Source: a virus
Lineage: Duplodnaviria > Heunggongvirae > Uroviricota > Caudoviricetes
Reading direction: 5' to 3' (one strand)
Virus record (IMG/VR): IMGVR_UViG_2778261391_000006
Location: 1 to 16,991 of that record
DNA length: 16,991 nucleotides
In this document: positions 1-8,246 of the stretch, piece by piece
Layout: every line of letters starts with the position of its first letter
Numbering within the stretch: position 1 is the first letter of the stretch
The notes under the pieces: model-generated
Seen by the model: the letters and a program-made list of their open reading frames with translations, nothing else
Database searches by the model: none
What the model was told of the DNA's origin: nothing
Program-made: the position numbers and the translations under genes

Positions 1-378
1 ATGATTTTTAGGGATAGCTTGAGAGTATTACCTTATGGTCGAGTAGATAATGATTTCTTCCAGATAGAAGAAAGACGTTCATGGAATGCAGGGCGATATT
101 ATTGGTCTAATAGAAGGATTTTTGGTTATATTGGAATTACTCAATCCAGTAATAAAGAGCTGAAAGATAAGTCGGGGAGAGAGGGATTCATAAGAAACCA
201 GGCTGCAAGAGAACTGAAAACTATTATATCTAATTTGTTAACTGAACTTGCTGATAGATTTTTTGGTTCACGTTCTGATGACCGTAAAGAGCTTTTAGAA
301 CAAGTTAAGCGTGAAAAAGAGTTAAGAAAATCTGCTCAACAACAAGCTCGAAAATCAACACAAAAAAGTTTTTCATAA
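1..378 (+). CDS. Hypothetical protein, 3' end of an ORF that continues upstream of the window; possibly the N-terminal (sensor) part of the downstream kinase-like gene
   Basis: Open frame from the window edge to TAA at 376-378, in the same frame as ORF 382-1719. The downstream ORF has no convincing start or RBS until ATG ~565. No recognisable motif in these 125 aa. Confidence 0.4.
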   Translation: MIFRDSLRVLPYGRVDNDFFQIEERRSWNAGRYYWSNRRIFGYIGITQSSNKELKDKSGREGFIRNQAARELKTIISNLLTELADRFFGSRSDDRKELLEQVKREKELRKSAQQQARKSTQKSFS

Positions 379-381
379 GCT

Positions 382-1719
382 TTGAAGAATCAGACACCAG
401 TTCTTGATGCTTCCTTGGAGGCTGTTAAAAGGCTGAAAACTAAGCTTGATAAAACTGATGGTTCGTTAGATTTAAACTATCTTAAAATTATAGACAGTGA
501 TCTTACAAACTTAGATGCGTTGCGCAGTGAAATTAAAACGCCTATCAAACCTCCAAAACTTGGAATGTATGAAGAGAAATATAGAGACTACAGAGATAAA
601 TTTAATGAGTTCTCTGCGTATATTCTACAAATGAAGTTAGCAATTAATAAACTTGATTCTGAATTAAATAAACTTGAGCCTTCATTGTCAGCGAAAAATC
701 ACCTTGAAAAAAATCAAGGTATTATTAATTCTAAACTAACTAAGTTTAATAACACGATAGAGGAGAAGATACATTCTCTTTTAAAAAAATGGGCCGATGA
801 AATAAAGGTTGATCGAAGTGATTATTATGCTAAAACTATATCAGTTGTTGATTCAATAGATAATGATTCACAAATTGAAAATGTGTTTAATTTGCTCGAT
901 AGTTTATATGTTGAGTCAGTTGATACCCTAACTTTCAAATATCAATCAATAATAAAAGGTCTCGATAGATTATTTGAAGGTATAAACTTAGATTCAGCAT
1001 TCTCATTATCTGAAGAAGAACGCTCATATTTTGAAGAAAAAGCTAAAAGTTTAAACGCGCTTGCACAGTTAGGTATTAGTGTTGAGATAATATCTCATGA
1101 ACTTGAAGAAATGGATTCTATGGTAACCAGAGGACTAAACTCTCTTCCTACTTTTGTAAAAGAACACCCTGGTTTTTCATTGGCGTTAAATGCTCACAGA
1201 TCGCTTACTCAACAAATACGTTTCTTATCACCTTTGAAAATATCAGGTTATCAATCCAGGCAGAGAATAACTGGAAAAAATATCATGGATTATGTCCTGA
1301 AGTTCTTTGGGGAGCGTTTCGAACGGCAACGAATAACTATTGAATTTAGTGAAGAGTTTAAGCAAATCGCAATAACAGATATACCATCAAGGATCTATCC
1401 TGTTTTTACTAATATTATCAACAATGCAATGTATTGGGTCAGTCTGTCAAATAATAGGCTCATAAAGATTGGTTTTGTGAATTCTTTGGTTATCATAGCA
1501 AATTCTGGTCCGGCAATTGATACCGATGATATCCCGCGACTATTTGAACTATTTTATAGCAAAAGAGCAAATGGACATGGGGTAGGTCTGTATCTATGTC
1601 GAGAAAACCTTGCTGTTGCACATCATAAAATATGGTATTCAGAACCTGATGAAGGCGATAACTATTTAATAAAAGATGGCGCTAATTTTGTGATCCAGTT
1701 CAATGGAGTGGAGTTCTAA
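382..1719 (+). CDS. Histidine-kinase-like protein: coiled-coil-like N-region, DHp H-box and GHKL/HATPase_c catalytic domain; no obvious TM helices
   Basis: H-box-like IISHELEEMDSM; N-box-like FTNIINNAMYW; G1-like ANSGPAIDTDD; G2-like GHGVGLYLCRE in the C-terminal third. Start uncertain (TTG 382 directly after the upstream stop; first ATG at ~565). Stop TAA 1717-1719 lies 1 nt before the next gene's ATG. Confidence 0.7.
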   Translation: MKNQTPVLDASLEAVKRLKTKLDKTDGSLDLNYLKIIDSDLTNLDALRSEIKTPIKPPKLGMYEEKYRDYRDKFNEFSAYILQMKLAINKLDSELNKLEPSLSAKNHLEKNQGIINSKLTKFNNTIEEKIHSLLKKWADEIKVDRSDYYAKTISVVDSIDNDSQIENVFNLLDSLYVESVDTLTFKYQSIIKGLDRLFEGINLDSAFSLSEEERSYFEEKAKSLNALAQLGISVEIISHELEEMDSMVTRGLNSLPTFVKEHPGFSLALNAHRSLTQQIRFLSPLKISGYQSRQRITGKNIMDYVLKFFGERFERQRITIEFSEEFKQIAITDIPSRIYPVFTNIINNAMYWVSLSNNRLIKIGFVNSLVIIANSGPAIDTDDIPRLFELFYSKRANGHGVGLYLCRENLAVAHHKIWYSEPDEGDNYLIKDGANFVIQFNGVEF

Positions 1720-1720
1720 T

Positions 1721-3469
1721 ATGACAGTGGCAAATTATAATTCTCTTGTCCAGAAAACTTTCTGCGAAAATGCAATTCGTTCCGTTGTCATGATTGATGA
1801 CGATTTTCTGACGTATTCTGAATCAATCAGGGCGTTGAATAACGAAGTTGATTTAGACTACAACAAAATTGACTCATCTAAACGAGCCGCTACTCTTGAG
1901 AGCTTTTTTCAATCTAAAAATATGATTTGTGATGTTGACAATGGTTCTGTTAATTTCGATGTGGATCGGATTAGAAAATCAGATCTTATTATTGTAGATT
2001 ATCATCTTGATAATAATGCACCTGATAAAACACTTAAACTATTACAAGATTTGAAAGACTCCGATCATTTAAATATGATTGTAATATATACTAGAGAGAA
2101 TTTAGAAACGGTTTGGATGCAGATATCATCGACTCTCAAAGGTGCTCTGGATATCAACAGCTTGATCATTGACTACGATAATGAAGATGTCCAAAGTTAT
2201 TGGGAAGACGTTGTATTACCGAACTTAAATGATAATGGTAATAAAGCTCTCACAAGAGATGAAACAATAGCCTATATTAAAGACAGTAAGCCTTGTAGAA
2301 GAATTAAAAGATTAATACATGATGATGCTGTGTTGGAGGATCAAAAGGATAAAAACTTCATTGCAAAAATGATTGCAGAATATGCTGTGTCTAGAAATGC
2401 AATTATTTCTAGCAACACATCTGGCAATGTCATTCGGGGTGATGAAAGCGGAGTAAAATGGATTCAATGTGGTAATATCTTTGTCTCCCTATTTCATAAG
2501 GTTCAAGATGATCATGAAAACGATGGAGATAGGATTTGGCAAACTCTCAATGATTCTCTCATTGAATGGAAACCATCTTATTATCAGTTAATAAAATCTG
2601 AAATTCAGAATGCAATCGAAGCTGAGGCTTTATCTTTTGTAAATCATTTGGCTAACGATCATTACGGTCAAGCTGCGTGGTTAAATGAGATATTAAAATC
2701 AGACTCGCCTGATATTAGATGTAGAAATATTGACTTTGTATTTGGTAATTTATCAGAAGAGCTTTATCAAAGACTTAAAAATAATAATACGCTGGATGAA
2801 TTTATCAAAAGTGTTTTTGATAGCTATTCAAATGAATACGCTAACAGCGGAGTTGCTGCATTGCTCCAATATTGCTCTTCAAAAATGGATCTGCCATCAA
2901 ATAATGATACTTATCACGAAATGTATCATGCTTTAAATATGAATTTGTCTTCAAAGAATTTTGAAGATGGTCATATTTCTACTGGCACTATTTTCTTTGA
3001 TACAGAGTCGAACAAATGGTATTTATGTGTATCTGCGGCATGTGATTTGGTTCCTACTCAGGGTAACGACCCTCACCATGTAAGATTAAGTCCGCACAGG
3101 CTCATTAAAGTTCTGGAGCTTTTTAACGCCAGTCAGAGTAAAGCATTGCCATTTGCTGAACATTCGAAATATATATATGTAATGCATAAAAATCAAAGAA
3201 AATATCTCTCTATTTTCGAAGGGGATAAAACGCTTCCTGTTGTTGATTATATGGTGGTGTTGAATCATGGAACAACAGTTGATGGCGAAGAAAAAAATAT
3301 TATTTCTGCCGTGTTTTTAAGTAATATGGATGGCAACGTGCAAAATGTTCCTGTCCGACTCAAACTTAAATCTCAACTGAGAACTGGTTATGCAGAAAGA
3401 TATCAGGCTATAGCGTCTCAGTATAGCTCAAGGATTGGTGTGGATTATGTATCAATGATGCTACCATAA
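1721..3469 (+). CDS. Response-regulator-like protein: N-terminal receiver (REC)-like domain fused to a ~430-aa uncharacterised C-terminal domain
   Basis: ATG 1721 preceded by GGAG (1710-1713) at 7-nt spacing; alternative ATG at 1703 has no RBS. REC-like pattern: acidic VVMIDDD strand, candidate phospho-acceptor Asp in DLIIVDYHLDNNAPDKTLKLLQDL, then NMIVIYTRE (Thr position). I recognise no motif in the C-terminal domain. Stop TAA 3467-3469. Confidence 0.65.
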   Translation: MTVANYNSLVQKTFCENAIRSVVMIDDDFLTYSESIRALNNEVDLDYNKIDSSKRAATLESFFQSKNMICDVDNGSVNFDVDRIRKSDLIIVDYHLDNNAPDKTLKLLQDLKDSDHLNMIVIYTRENLETVWMQISSTLKGALDINSLIIDYDNEDVQSYWEDVVLPNLNDNGNKALTRDETIAYIKDSKPCRRIKRLIHDDAVLEDQKDKNFIAKMIAEYAVSRNAIISSNTSGNVIRGDESGVKWIQCGNIFVSLFHKVQDDHENDGDRIWQTLNDSLIEWKPSYYQLIKSEIQNAIEAEALSFVNHLANDHYGQAAWLNEILKSDSPDIRCRNIDFVFGNLSEELYQRLKNNNTLDEFIKSVFDSYSNEYANSGVAALLQYCSSKMDLPSNNDTYHEMYHALNMNLSSKNFEDGHISTGTIFFDTESNKWYLCVSAACDLVPTQGNDPHHVRLSPHRLIKVLELFNASQSKALPFAEHSKYIYVMHKNQRKYLSIFEGDKTLPVVDYMVVLNHGTTVDGEEKNIISAVFLSNMDGNVQNVPVRLKLKSQLRTGYAERYQAIASQYSSRIGVDYVSMMLP

Positions 3470-3482
3470 TTATTATATTTTA

Positions 3483-3523
3483 GGCGTGGTGATTTTTTTT
3501 CGCCATGCCTATTTTATATTTAT
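3483..3523. terminator. Putative bidirectional terminator between convergent genes
   Basis: Imperfect inverted repeat AGGCGTGG (3483-3490) / CCATGCCT (3504-3511) with a T-rich loop, followed by a T/A-rich tract; lies between the convergent stops at 3469 (+) and 3541 (-). Confidence 0.3.
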
Positions 3524-3540
3524 CATCACAATGATGTTGT

Positions 3541-3957
3541 TTATTTTTGTTTAAGTCTTCTAAGCTTCATGCATTCTAATGAGAATAATAATAGAGTTGT
3601 GCTGTATATAAAGCCAGAGTTAGTTAATAACTTTAAATTTAATGCTTCAGGATTTTCACTGAGAAAGTGAAAGGCATAAACTAAGTATACAGCTAAAGTA
3701 GCCGTTCCAATTGTTGGTCCAATATCGCCTTGATCATGAGGTTCAAGGTTTACATTGAACTTGAAGATTAGCCATTCAAATCCCCAAGTAAAAAAAACAA
3801 CTAATATCATGGCTGCGAATAATTTCGCGATGTTATCTGCTGATGGATTCATCAGAACAGATTGTTTCTGAAAAAATTCACAAAGTGAGAGTCCGAAAAA
3901 AATAAAAAAAAGTGGTCTGGAACTAAATTTTTCAAAAACTTTGAATAGGGTTTCCAT
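3541..3957 (-). CDS. Small multi-pass membrane protein (138 aa), function unknown
   Basis: ATG at 3955-3957 with GAAGG-type RBS ~9 nt upstream; three to four hydrophobic helix-length segments (LFFIFFGLSL, AAMILVVFFTWGFEWLIF, TATLAVYLVYAFHFL, FIYSTTLLLFSL). Starts 38 bp downstream of the integrase stop on the same strand. Confidence 0.5.
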   Translation of the reverse strand: METLFKVFEKFSSRPLFFIFFGLSLCEFFQKQSVLMNPSADNIAKLFAAMILVVFFTWGFEWLIFKFNVNLEPHDQGDIGPTIGTATLAVYLVYAFHFLSENPEALNLKLLTNSGFIYSTTLLLFSLECMKLRRLKQK

Positions 3958-3995
3958 TTTCTTTACCTTCAGGATTATATTAGCTATTCTGATAC

Positions 3996-5225
3996 TTAGG
4001 CTACCAGAGCATTTGATCTTTGAGCTTGAACGTAATCACTCCACCATTGCATCAAACTCTGTCGCTCTATCAGATATTCTGCACGATTGTATGCTGCGAT
4101 AATTTCATCTTTTTTCGAGTGGGCAAGCGCTGCCTCAAGAACTTCAGCTCTGAATTTACCAGACTCCTCTGCCGCTGTTCGTGCAATAGAACGCATACCG
4201 TGAGCTACAAGCTCGCCTCCGAACCCCATTCGGATGATAGCTGCGTTGGCTGTTTGTTCATGCATATGATTAAGAGGCGCTTTTATGCTGGGGAAAACCC
4301 ATTCTCTATGCCCACTTATTGATTTCATTAATTCAAGGATGCGCAAAGCTTCTTTACTCAAAGGAACTTTGTGAAGCTTTTTCATTTTCATGAAATCAGC
4401 AGGAATGTTCCAAATGCTGTTGGTTGTATCAATATCAGACCACCTTGCGCGAACGGCTTCACCCGGACGAACCCATGTCAACAATTGCCATTCAATTAGC
4501 ATACGTGTTTCCAACCGGATTGACGCATTCGTCAAAGATTCCATAAACCTTGGCAATTCGCTTGGGGGAAGGGCAGGCATATTTTGCTTTTTTGGTTTAC
4601 TGAATCTTTGACCAAGGTTGTCAGCCGGGTTGAACTCAATAAGTTCTTCAGTAGCTGCCCACCGGAAGATTTCATTCAGACGTGAAATGATACGGCGTAG
4701 AGTTTCCAATACGCCTCGTTGCTCAATAGGATCAAGGTGTTGTTTTAAGAGCTTAGGTCGGATCTCATTGATAGGGACATTACCCAGACCGGGAAAGACA
4801 TTTCTCTCTAAGCTGCGCCAGATGTCTGCTGCATGGTCTTGTGAGATACCTGATGTCTTTACCTTCTCATCTAACCATTTCCGCGCTACGGCTTGGAGAG
4901 TGTGCTCAGTAGCACTCTTTAATGCCTTCGCCTTATCGTTGTTATGGATTTGGGGATCAACACCATTTGCCAGAAAGGAGAGATATTCATCACGTAAGGC
5001 TCTGGCTCTTGCAAGGGTAAGGTGAGGATATGTCCCAAGGCTCATTTTGGTTCTTTTCTTGCTCACTGGTACTGCATACCTGAAATACCAATTTTTCTTG
5101 CCTCCTTTCGCCAAAGGAGCGATTCGTAGAATCAGACCATCACCGTCAAACAAGTTGATTTCTTTATCGGCTGGCTTGGTGCTTTTGATTTCAGTGTCAG
5201 TGAGCTTCTTAGCGATTTTTGCCAT
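3996..5225 (-). CDS. int: P4-family tyrosine integrase (site-specific recombinase)
   Basis: N-terminal arm-binding-type region (KLTDTEIKSTKPADK...DGDGLILRI...WYFRY); C-terminal catalytic region with HxxR (LVAHGMRSIA) and Tyr motif (AAYNRAEYL). ATG 5225 has a GAGGG RBS; the ORF could also start at ATG 5267 (no RBS). Confidence 0.9.
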   Translation of the reverse strand: MAKIAKKLTDTEIKSTKPADKEINLFDGDGLILRIAPLAKGGKKNWYFRYAVPVSKKRTKMSLGTYPHLTLARARALRDEYLSFLANGVDPQIHNNDKAKALKSATEHTLQAVARKWLDEKVKTSGISQDHAADIWRSLERNVFPGLGNVPINEIRPKLLKQHLDPIEQRGVLETLRRIISRLNEIFRWAATEELIEFNPADNLGQRFSKPKKQNMPALPPSELPRFMESLTNASIRLETRMLIEWQLLTWVRPGEAVRARWSDIDTTNSIWNIPADFMKMKKLHKVPLSKEALRILELMKSISGHREWVFPSIKAPLNHMHEQTANAAIIRMGFGGELVAHGMRSIARTAAEESGKFRAEVLEAALAHSKKDEIIAAYNRAEYLIERQSLMQWWSDYVQAQRSNALVA

Positions 5226-5390
5226 TTTGGGACCCTCGGTTTTTGGACCCTTCTTAGTGGGTCCCATTCAGGGTGCCATAACTCGTAGTTCTCAGCAATT
5301 CTCACTGGACGACAATAGACGTAAAAAAGCCCGCAGAGCTTGTGCTGTGTGGGCTTAGTAGACTTCATTGAACTTCAAACAACTAAAAAG

Positions 5391-5412
5391 TGGTGGGCTG
5401 GCGGAGTTTGAA
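5391..5412 (-). other. tRNA/tmRNA 3'-end-like motif (candidate att core) between the integrase 5' end and crr
   Basis: Minus-strand reading TTCAAACTCCGCCAGCCCACCA ends in CCA and resembles, with a few indels, the T-arm/acceptor 3' end of tmRNA as I remember it. It lies ~165 bp upstream of the int start, where P4-type att sites sit. Not a complete tRNA. Confidence 0.3.
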
Positions 5413-5559
5413 TAAATATTGTATTGCTTTGATTTTTAATGATTTTGTTTAATTCATTTTTTGTGCGTATACCTAATCGTATACCAATGGTTGTAAGTTA
5501 ATGTGAAATGAAAGCGCATTTTTACTTGGATTGATGCTATATCGTACAGGAAAAAAATT

Positions 5560-5860
5560 TTTTTTCGAAAGAACTGTTCACACTGTTCACCTTTCTGTTT
5601 TCTCCTTTTATTTCAGAGTGATAGGTGGTGAATAATGGGTGAAGGGTGAACATTCGATTCTTCACCTCCGGCATTCTGCCGGTGTGACTTGTGCAGGGGA
5701 TTAATTTCCCGTGCTGAAATCATACCGGAAGAAAAAAAGTTTTTTTTGATTTGATTGTTCACACTGTTCACCTTTCATTTTTCTCTTTTGATTTCAGTGT
5801 GATAACGGGGGAATATACGGTGAAGGGTGAACACTGGATTGTTCACCTTCGGGGGATGTC
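5560..5860. repeat. P4-type cis replication region (crr): two imperfect direct repeats, each carrying TGTTCACC-type iterons
   Basis: Repeat 1 iterons at 5576-5583, 5585-5592 and inverted GGTGAACA at 5645-5652; repeat 2 at 5756-5763, 5765-5772, 5826-5833 and 5840-5847. Units are ~180 bp apart with the same internal order. TGTTCACC is the octamer bound by P4 alpha protein. Confidence 0.8.
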
Positions 5861-5863
5861 GGG

Positions 5864-5891
5864 ATAAAAAAAAGACCGGCAGATGCCGGTC
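5864..5891 (-). terminator. Rho-independent terminator of the leftward operon, just downstream of the alpha stop
   Basis: Minus-strand hairpin GACCGGC-ATCT-GCCGGTC (5874-5891) followed by a U8 tract (plus-strand A-run 5866-5873), 7 nt after the alpha stop codon at 5899-5901. Confidence 0.55.
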
Positions 5892-5898
5892 AGGTGGG

Positions 5899-8232
5899 TC
5901 AGGTTGTTGCAGGGGCGTCACATTTTGGCAGCCAGTCGCCGTAGCTTTCCTCTTTCAGCGTCAGGTTGGTCTGTATCCCCTGTTTGGTATGGCGCTTCTC
6001 GTAATTCAGTCCGTATTCCTTCAGCATCACCGGCAGCCCCAGCCCGAACATTTTCAGACTGAGTACATTCCGGTAGCCGTTTGCCTCCATGTAGGCCAGA
6101 TAGGCGTGATAGAGGTATTTACGGTAATTGCGCGGGATGATACTGGCGTTCCCCATATACATGCCGCTGGTCTGCGGCAGGGTTTCCAGATAGCCGATAA
6201 AATCAAACGTCGGGTCGGCATCCCGTTTGATGTTCAGTGCCTCGTCTGAGTTCTGCTGGGACTGAAGCAGTGACCGGGCGAGCATCGGGTCGCTGAACTT
6301 CTGCATCAGGTGACGCACGATGACCGCCAGCTCGCGGGTGATTTTGTCCTTAAGCTGCGGGTCGCGCTCCTGCGGGGCTATCTGTTCCGGGAAGTGAATA
6401 ATCACCCGCCGGCGTGACACGCCGCCGCTGCGGTCGGTGAAGCGCATCGGGTTATTGTTCACGGCCAGAATCACCGCCGGGATATGCGTGGAGTACGCAT
6501 CCCGGTATTTCGGGTCCACGGACACCGCATCGCCGCCGGTGATGGCCTTGAGTCCGGCACCGTCGCCGCTCCATTTTTCCTGGTCCGGCAGGCGTATCAG
6601 TGAGAAGCCAGTTAACGCGGCACGTTCACGCGGGGATTCCAGCGTCTCGATGGTGGCCGACGTGGCGTTATCCTCCCCGGCCAGCAGGGTGGCTATTTCG
6701 GCCATGATACTTTTGCCGCTGCCGCCAGGACCGGTCACCTCCAGAAAGAGCTGCCAGTCGTAGCGGTTTGCCAGCACCATAAACAGTGCGGCCAGAATCA
6801 CGTCGCGTTTTTCCGCACGGCCACCGGCGGCACGGTCAAGCCAGCGCCAGAACGCGGGGGCGTGGGTCTCCAGCGTTTCACCGTCCACCGGCGGGGTGAA
6901 ATCCACATCGCACAGGGTGCGCATCCAGTGTGACGGACTGTGCGGGTGGAACGTGCCGTTCTGCGTGTCGAGCACGCCGTTACGAAAGCCAATCAGGCGG
7001 CGGGAGGGGGCTTCCTGCTGCGGAATAATCAGCTTCAGGGTGTCCACCACGGAGGCCACCTTCCCGGAGGAGAACGGCGCGCGCAGACGCTGAAACAGCC
7101 CGGCCACATCCCGGGCAAAGTCCTGTGGCGGCAGCACCTTCCAGACACCATTTTCATAACGGGACAGAAGCTGGCCGTTGGCATCGACCGCGAGCGCCTC
7201 GCCGTAATGCTCATAGATACGCATGGCCTTTTCGCTGGTACTCATGGCGGAAAACTCTGCTTCGCTCATGGTGTCGAACGGGCTTTCAGCCGGTGGCCGG
7301 ATGGCATCATAAATGGCCTTACGGGTGGCCTCCCCGCCGTACTGCGTGAAGGCATCATTCCAGTCACCGAAGACCGGCGGCAGGGCAACAACACCTTCAC
7401 ACGCATCTGCGGCTGCGGCGGCTTTTTTCTGGCCGTCACCGCTGAGGTCACGGTCTGCGGCAAGGACAATCTGACAGGCCGGATGCTTCTGCCGGGCAAG
7501 GCTGGCCAGAGAAAGGAGGTTCACGGAAGAAAGCGCCACCATCACCGTTTCCCCGGTCAGGTGATGCACGGTAAGTGCGGTCGCGTATCCCTCCGCTATC
7601 CACAGACGTTTTCCGGCCTGATTCTGTCCTTCAAGGGTGTGACAGGTGCCCCTGACCTGTCCGCCTTTCAGGGTGCGCTTACGGCCGTCAGCACTGATTA
7701 ACTGAAGGTTAACCAGTTCGCCGCTGTCGTCATACAGTGGCACCACAAGGTCACCGGCGCGCCAGCTCACGCCACCGGCTCTGTGTGTGCCGGTCAGCAT
7801 CCGGCATTCCCGGTCGGGAAAGCCCTTGCGGGTCAGGTAGGCGTTACCGGTTCCGGGCCGGGTTTTTGCCATCAGGGTTTGTGCCAGTGCGGCGGCGTTC
7901 TTCCGGGCAGCGTCTGTTTCAGCACCGGCGGCGGCCGTCACTGCCGGGTCAGCCGGGGGCAGGCTGCCGGTCACGGCAGCCACCTTTGCGGCCGCGTCGG
8001 ACGGGGAAACACCAAACACCTTTTCAACCAGTTTCAGGCCGTCACCGGCACCACACTGATTGCAGTACCAGGTGCCGCGCCCCTCCCTGTCATCAAAACG
8101 GAAGCGGTCACTCCCGCCACAGACCGGACAGGGCTGATGACGGTTCTTCAGCACCTGAATCCCCAGCGCCGGGAGAATACGCGGCCAGTGGCCGAGCGCA
8201 TGGCTGACGGTGGCGGTTACGTTCATTTTCAT
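5899..8232 (-). CDS. alpha: P4 alpha-type replication protein (primase-helicase with origin-binding domain), 777 aa
   Basis: Zinc-binding motif CPVCGG...CNQCG near the N-terminus; primase EGYATA motif (WIAEGYATALT); Walker A GPGGSGKS; AAGGAGA RBS before ATG 8232. Length equals P4 alpha; iterons of the type it binds are present at crr and ori. Confidence 0.95.
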   Translation of the reverse strand: MKMNVTATVSHALGHWPRILPALGIQVLKNRHQPCPVCGGSDRFRFDDREGRGTWYCNQCGAGDGLKLVEKVFGVSPSDAAAKVAAVTGSLPPADPAVTAAAGAETDAARKNAAALAQTLMAKTRPGTGNAYLTRKGFPDRECRMLTGTHRAGGVSWRAGDLVVPLYDDSGELVNLQLISADGRKRTLKGGQVRGTCHTLEGQNQAGKRLWIAEGYATALTVHHLTGETVMVALSSVNLLSLASLARQKHPACQIVLAADRDLSGDGQKKAAAAADACEGVVALPPVFGDWNDAFTQYGGEATRKAIYDAIRPPAESPFDTMSEAEFSAMSTSEKAMRIYEHYGEALAVDANGQLLSRYENGVWKVLPPQDFARDVAGLFQRLRAPFSSGKVASVVDTLKLIIPQQEAPSRRLIGFRNGVLDTQNGTFHPHSPSHWMRTLCDVDFTPPVDGETLETHAPAFWRWLDRAAGGRAEKRDVILAALFMVLANRYDWQLFLEVTGPGGSGKSIMAEIATLLAGEDNATSATIETLESPRERAALTGFSLIRLPDQEKWSGDGAGLKAITGGDAVSVDPKYRDAYSTHIPAVILAVNNNPMRFTDRSGGVSRRRVIIHFPEQIAPQERDPQLKDKITRELAVIVRHLMQKFSDPMLARSLLQSQQNSDEALNIKRDADPTFDFIGYLETLPQTSGMYMGNASIIPRNYRKYLYHAYLAYMEANGYRNVLSLKMFGLGLPVMLKEYGLNYEKRHTKQGIQTNLTLKEESYGDWLPKCDAPATT

Positions 8233-8246
8233 GGTGTTGTTCTCCT

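Larger units (their letters stand above)
1..5390. mobile_element. Integrase-associated AT-rich cargo module, possibly the int-proximal end of a second P4-like or other integrative element lying in tandem
   Basis: A second P4-family integrase with cargo genes downstream of it mirrors the int-cargo arrangement at the right end; AT-rich relative to the core. The left boundary is outside the window. Confidence 0.35.

Noticed and set aside
1-3. ATG at window position 1 as the true start of the first ORF
   Set aside because: The reading frame is open to the window edge and the start coincides with the arbitrary window boundary; the gene most likely begins upstream.
2730-3268. ORFs of 68 aa (+) and 60 aa (-) inside the receiver-domain gene
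   Set aside because: Embedded in a longer, motif-bearing ORF; translations are low complexity; no start signals.
4020-5368. Plus-strand ORFs (100, 73, 135, 103 aa) and a 78-aa minus-strand ORF overlapping the left integrase
   Set aside because: Antisense or alternative frame to a well-supported integrase; no RBS or motifs; the 78-aa ORF runs through the integrase start region and candidate att/promoter DNA.
5268-5560. Search for an intact tRNA or tmRNA gene at the junction between the left integrase and crr
   Set aside because: Only a ~22-nt 3'-end-like motif ending in CCA is present; the upstream sequence is AT-rich and cannot form a cloverleaf, so no intact tRNA gene lies here (reported instead as a candidate att core).
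5560-5860. Repeats at crr (and the iterons at 10564-10668) as a possible CRISPR array
   Set aside because: Repeat units are 8-9 bp octamers or ~150-bp imperfect units with mixed orientation, not regularly spaced 25-40-bp direct repeats with unique spacers; the TGTTCACC sequence is the P4 alpha binding site.
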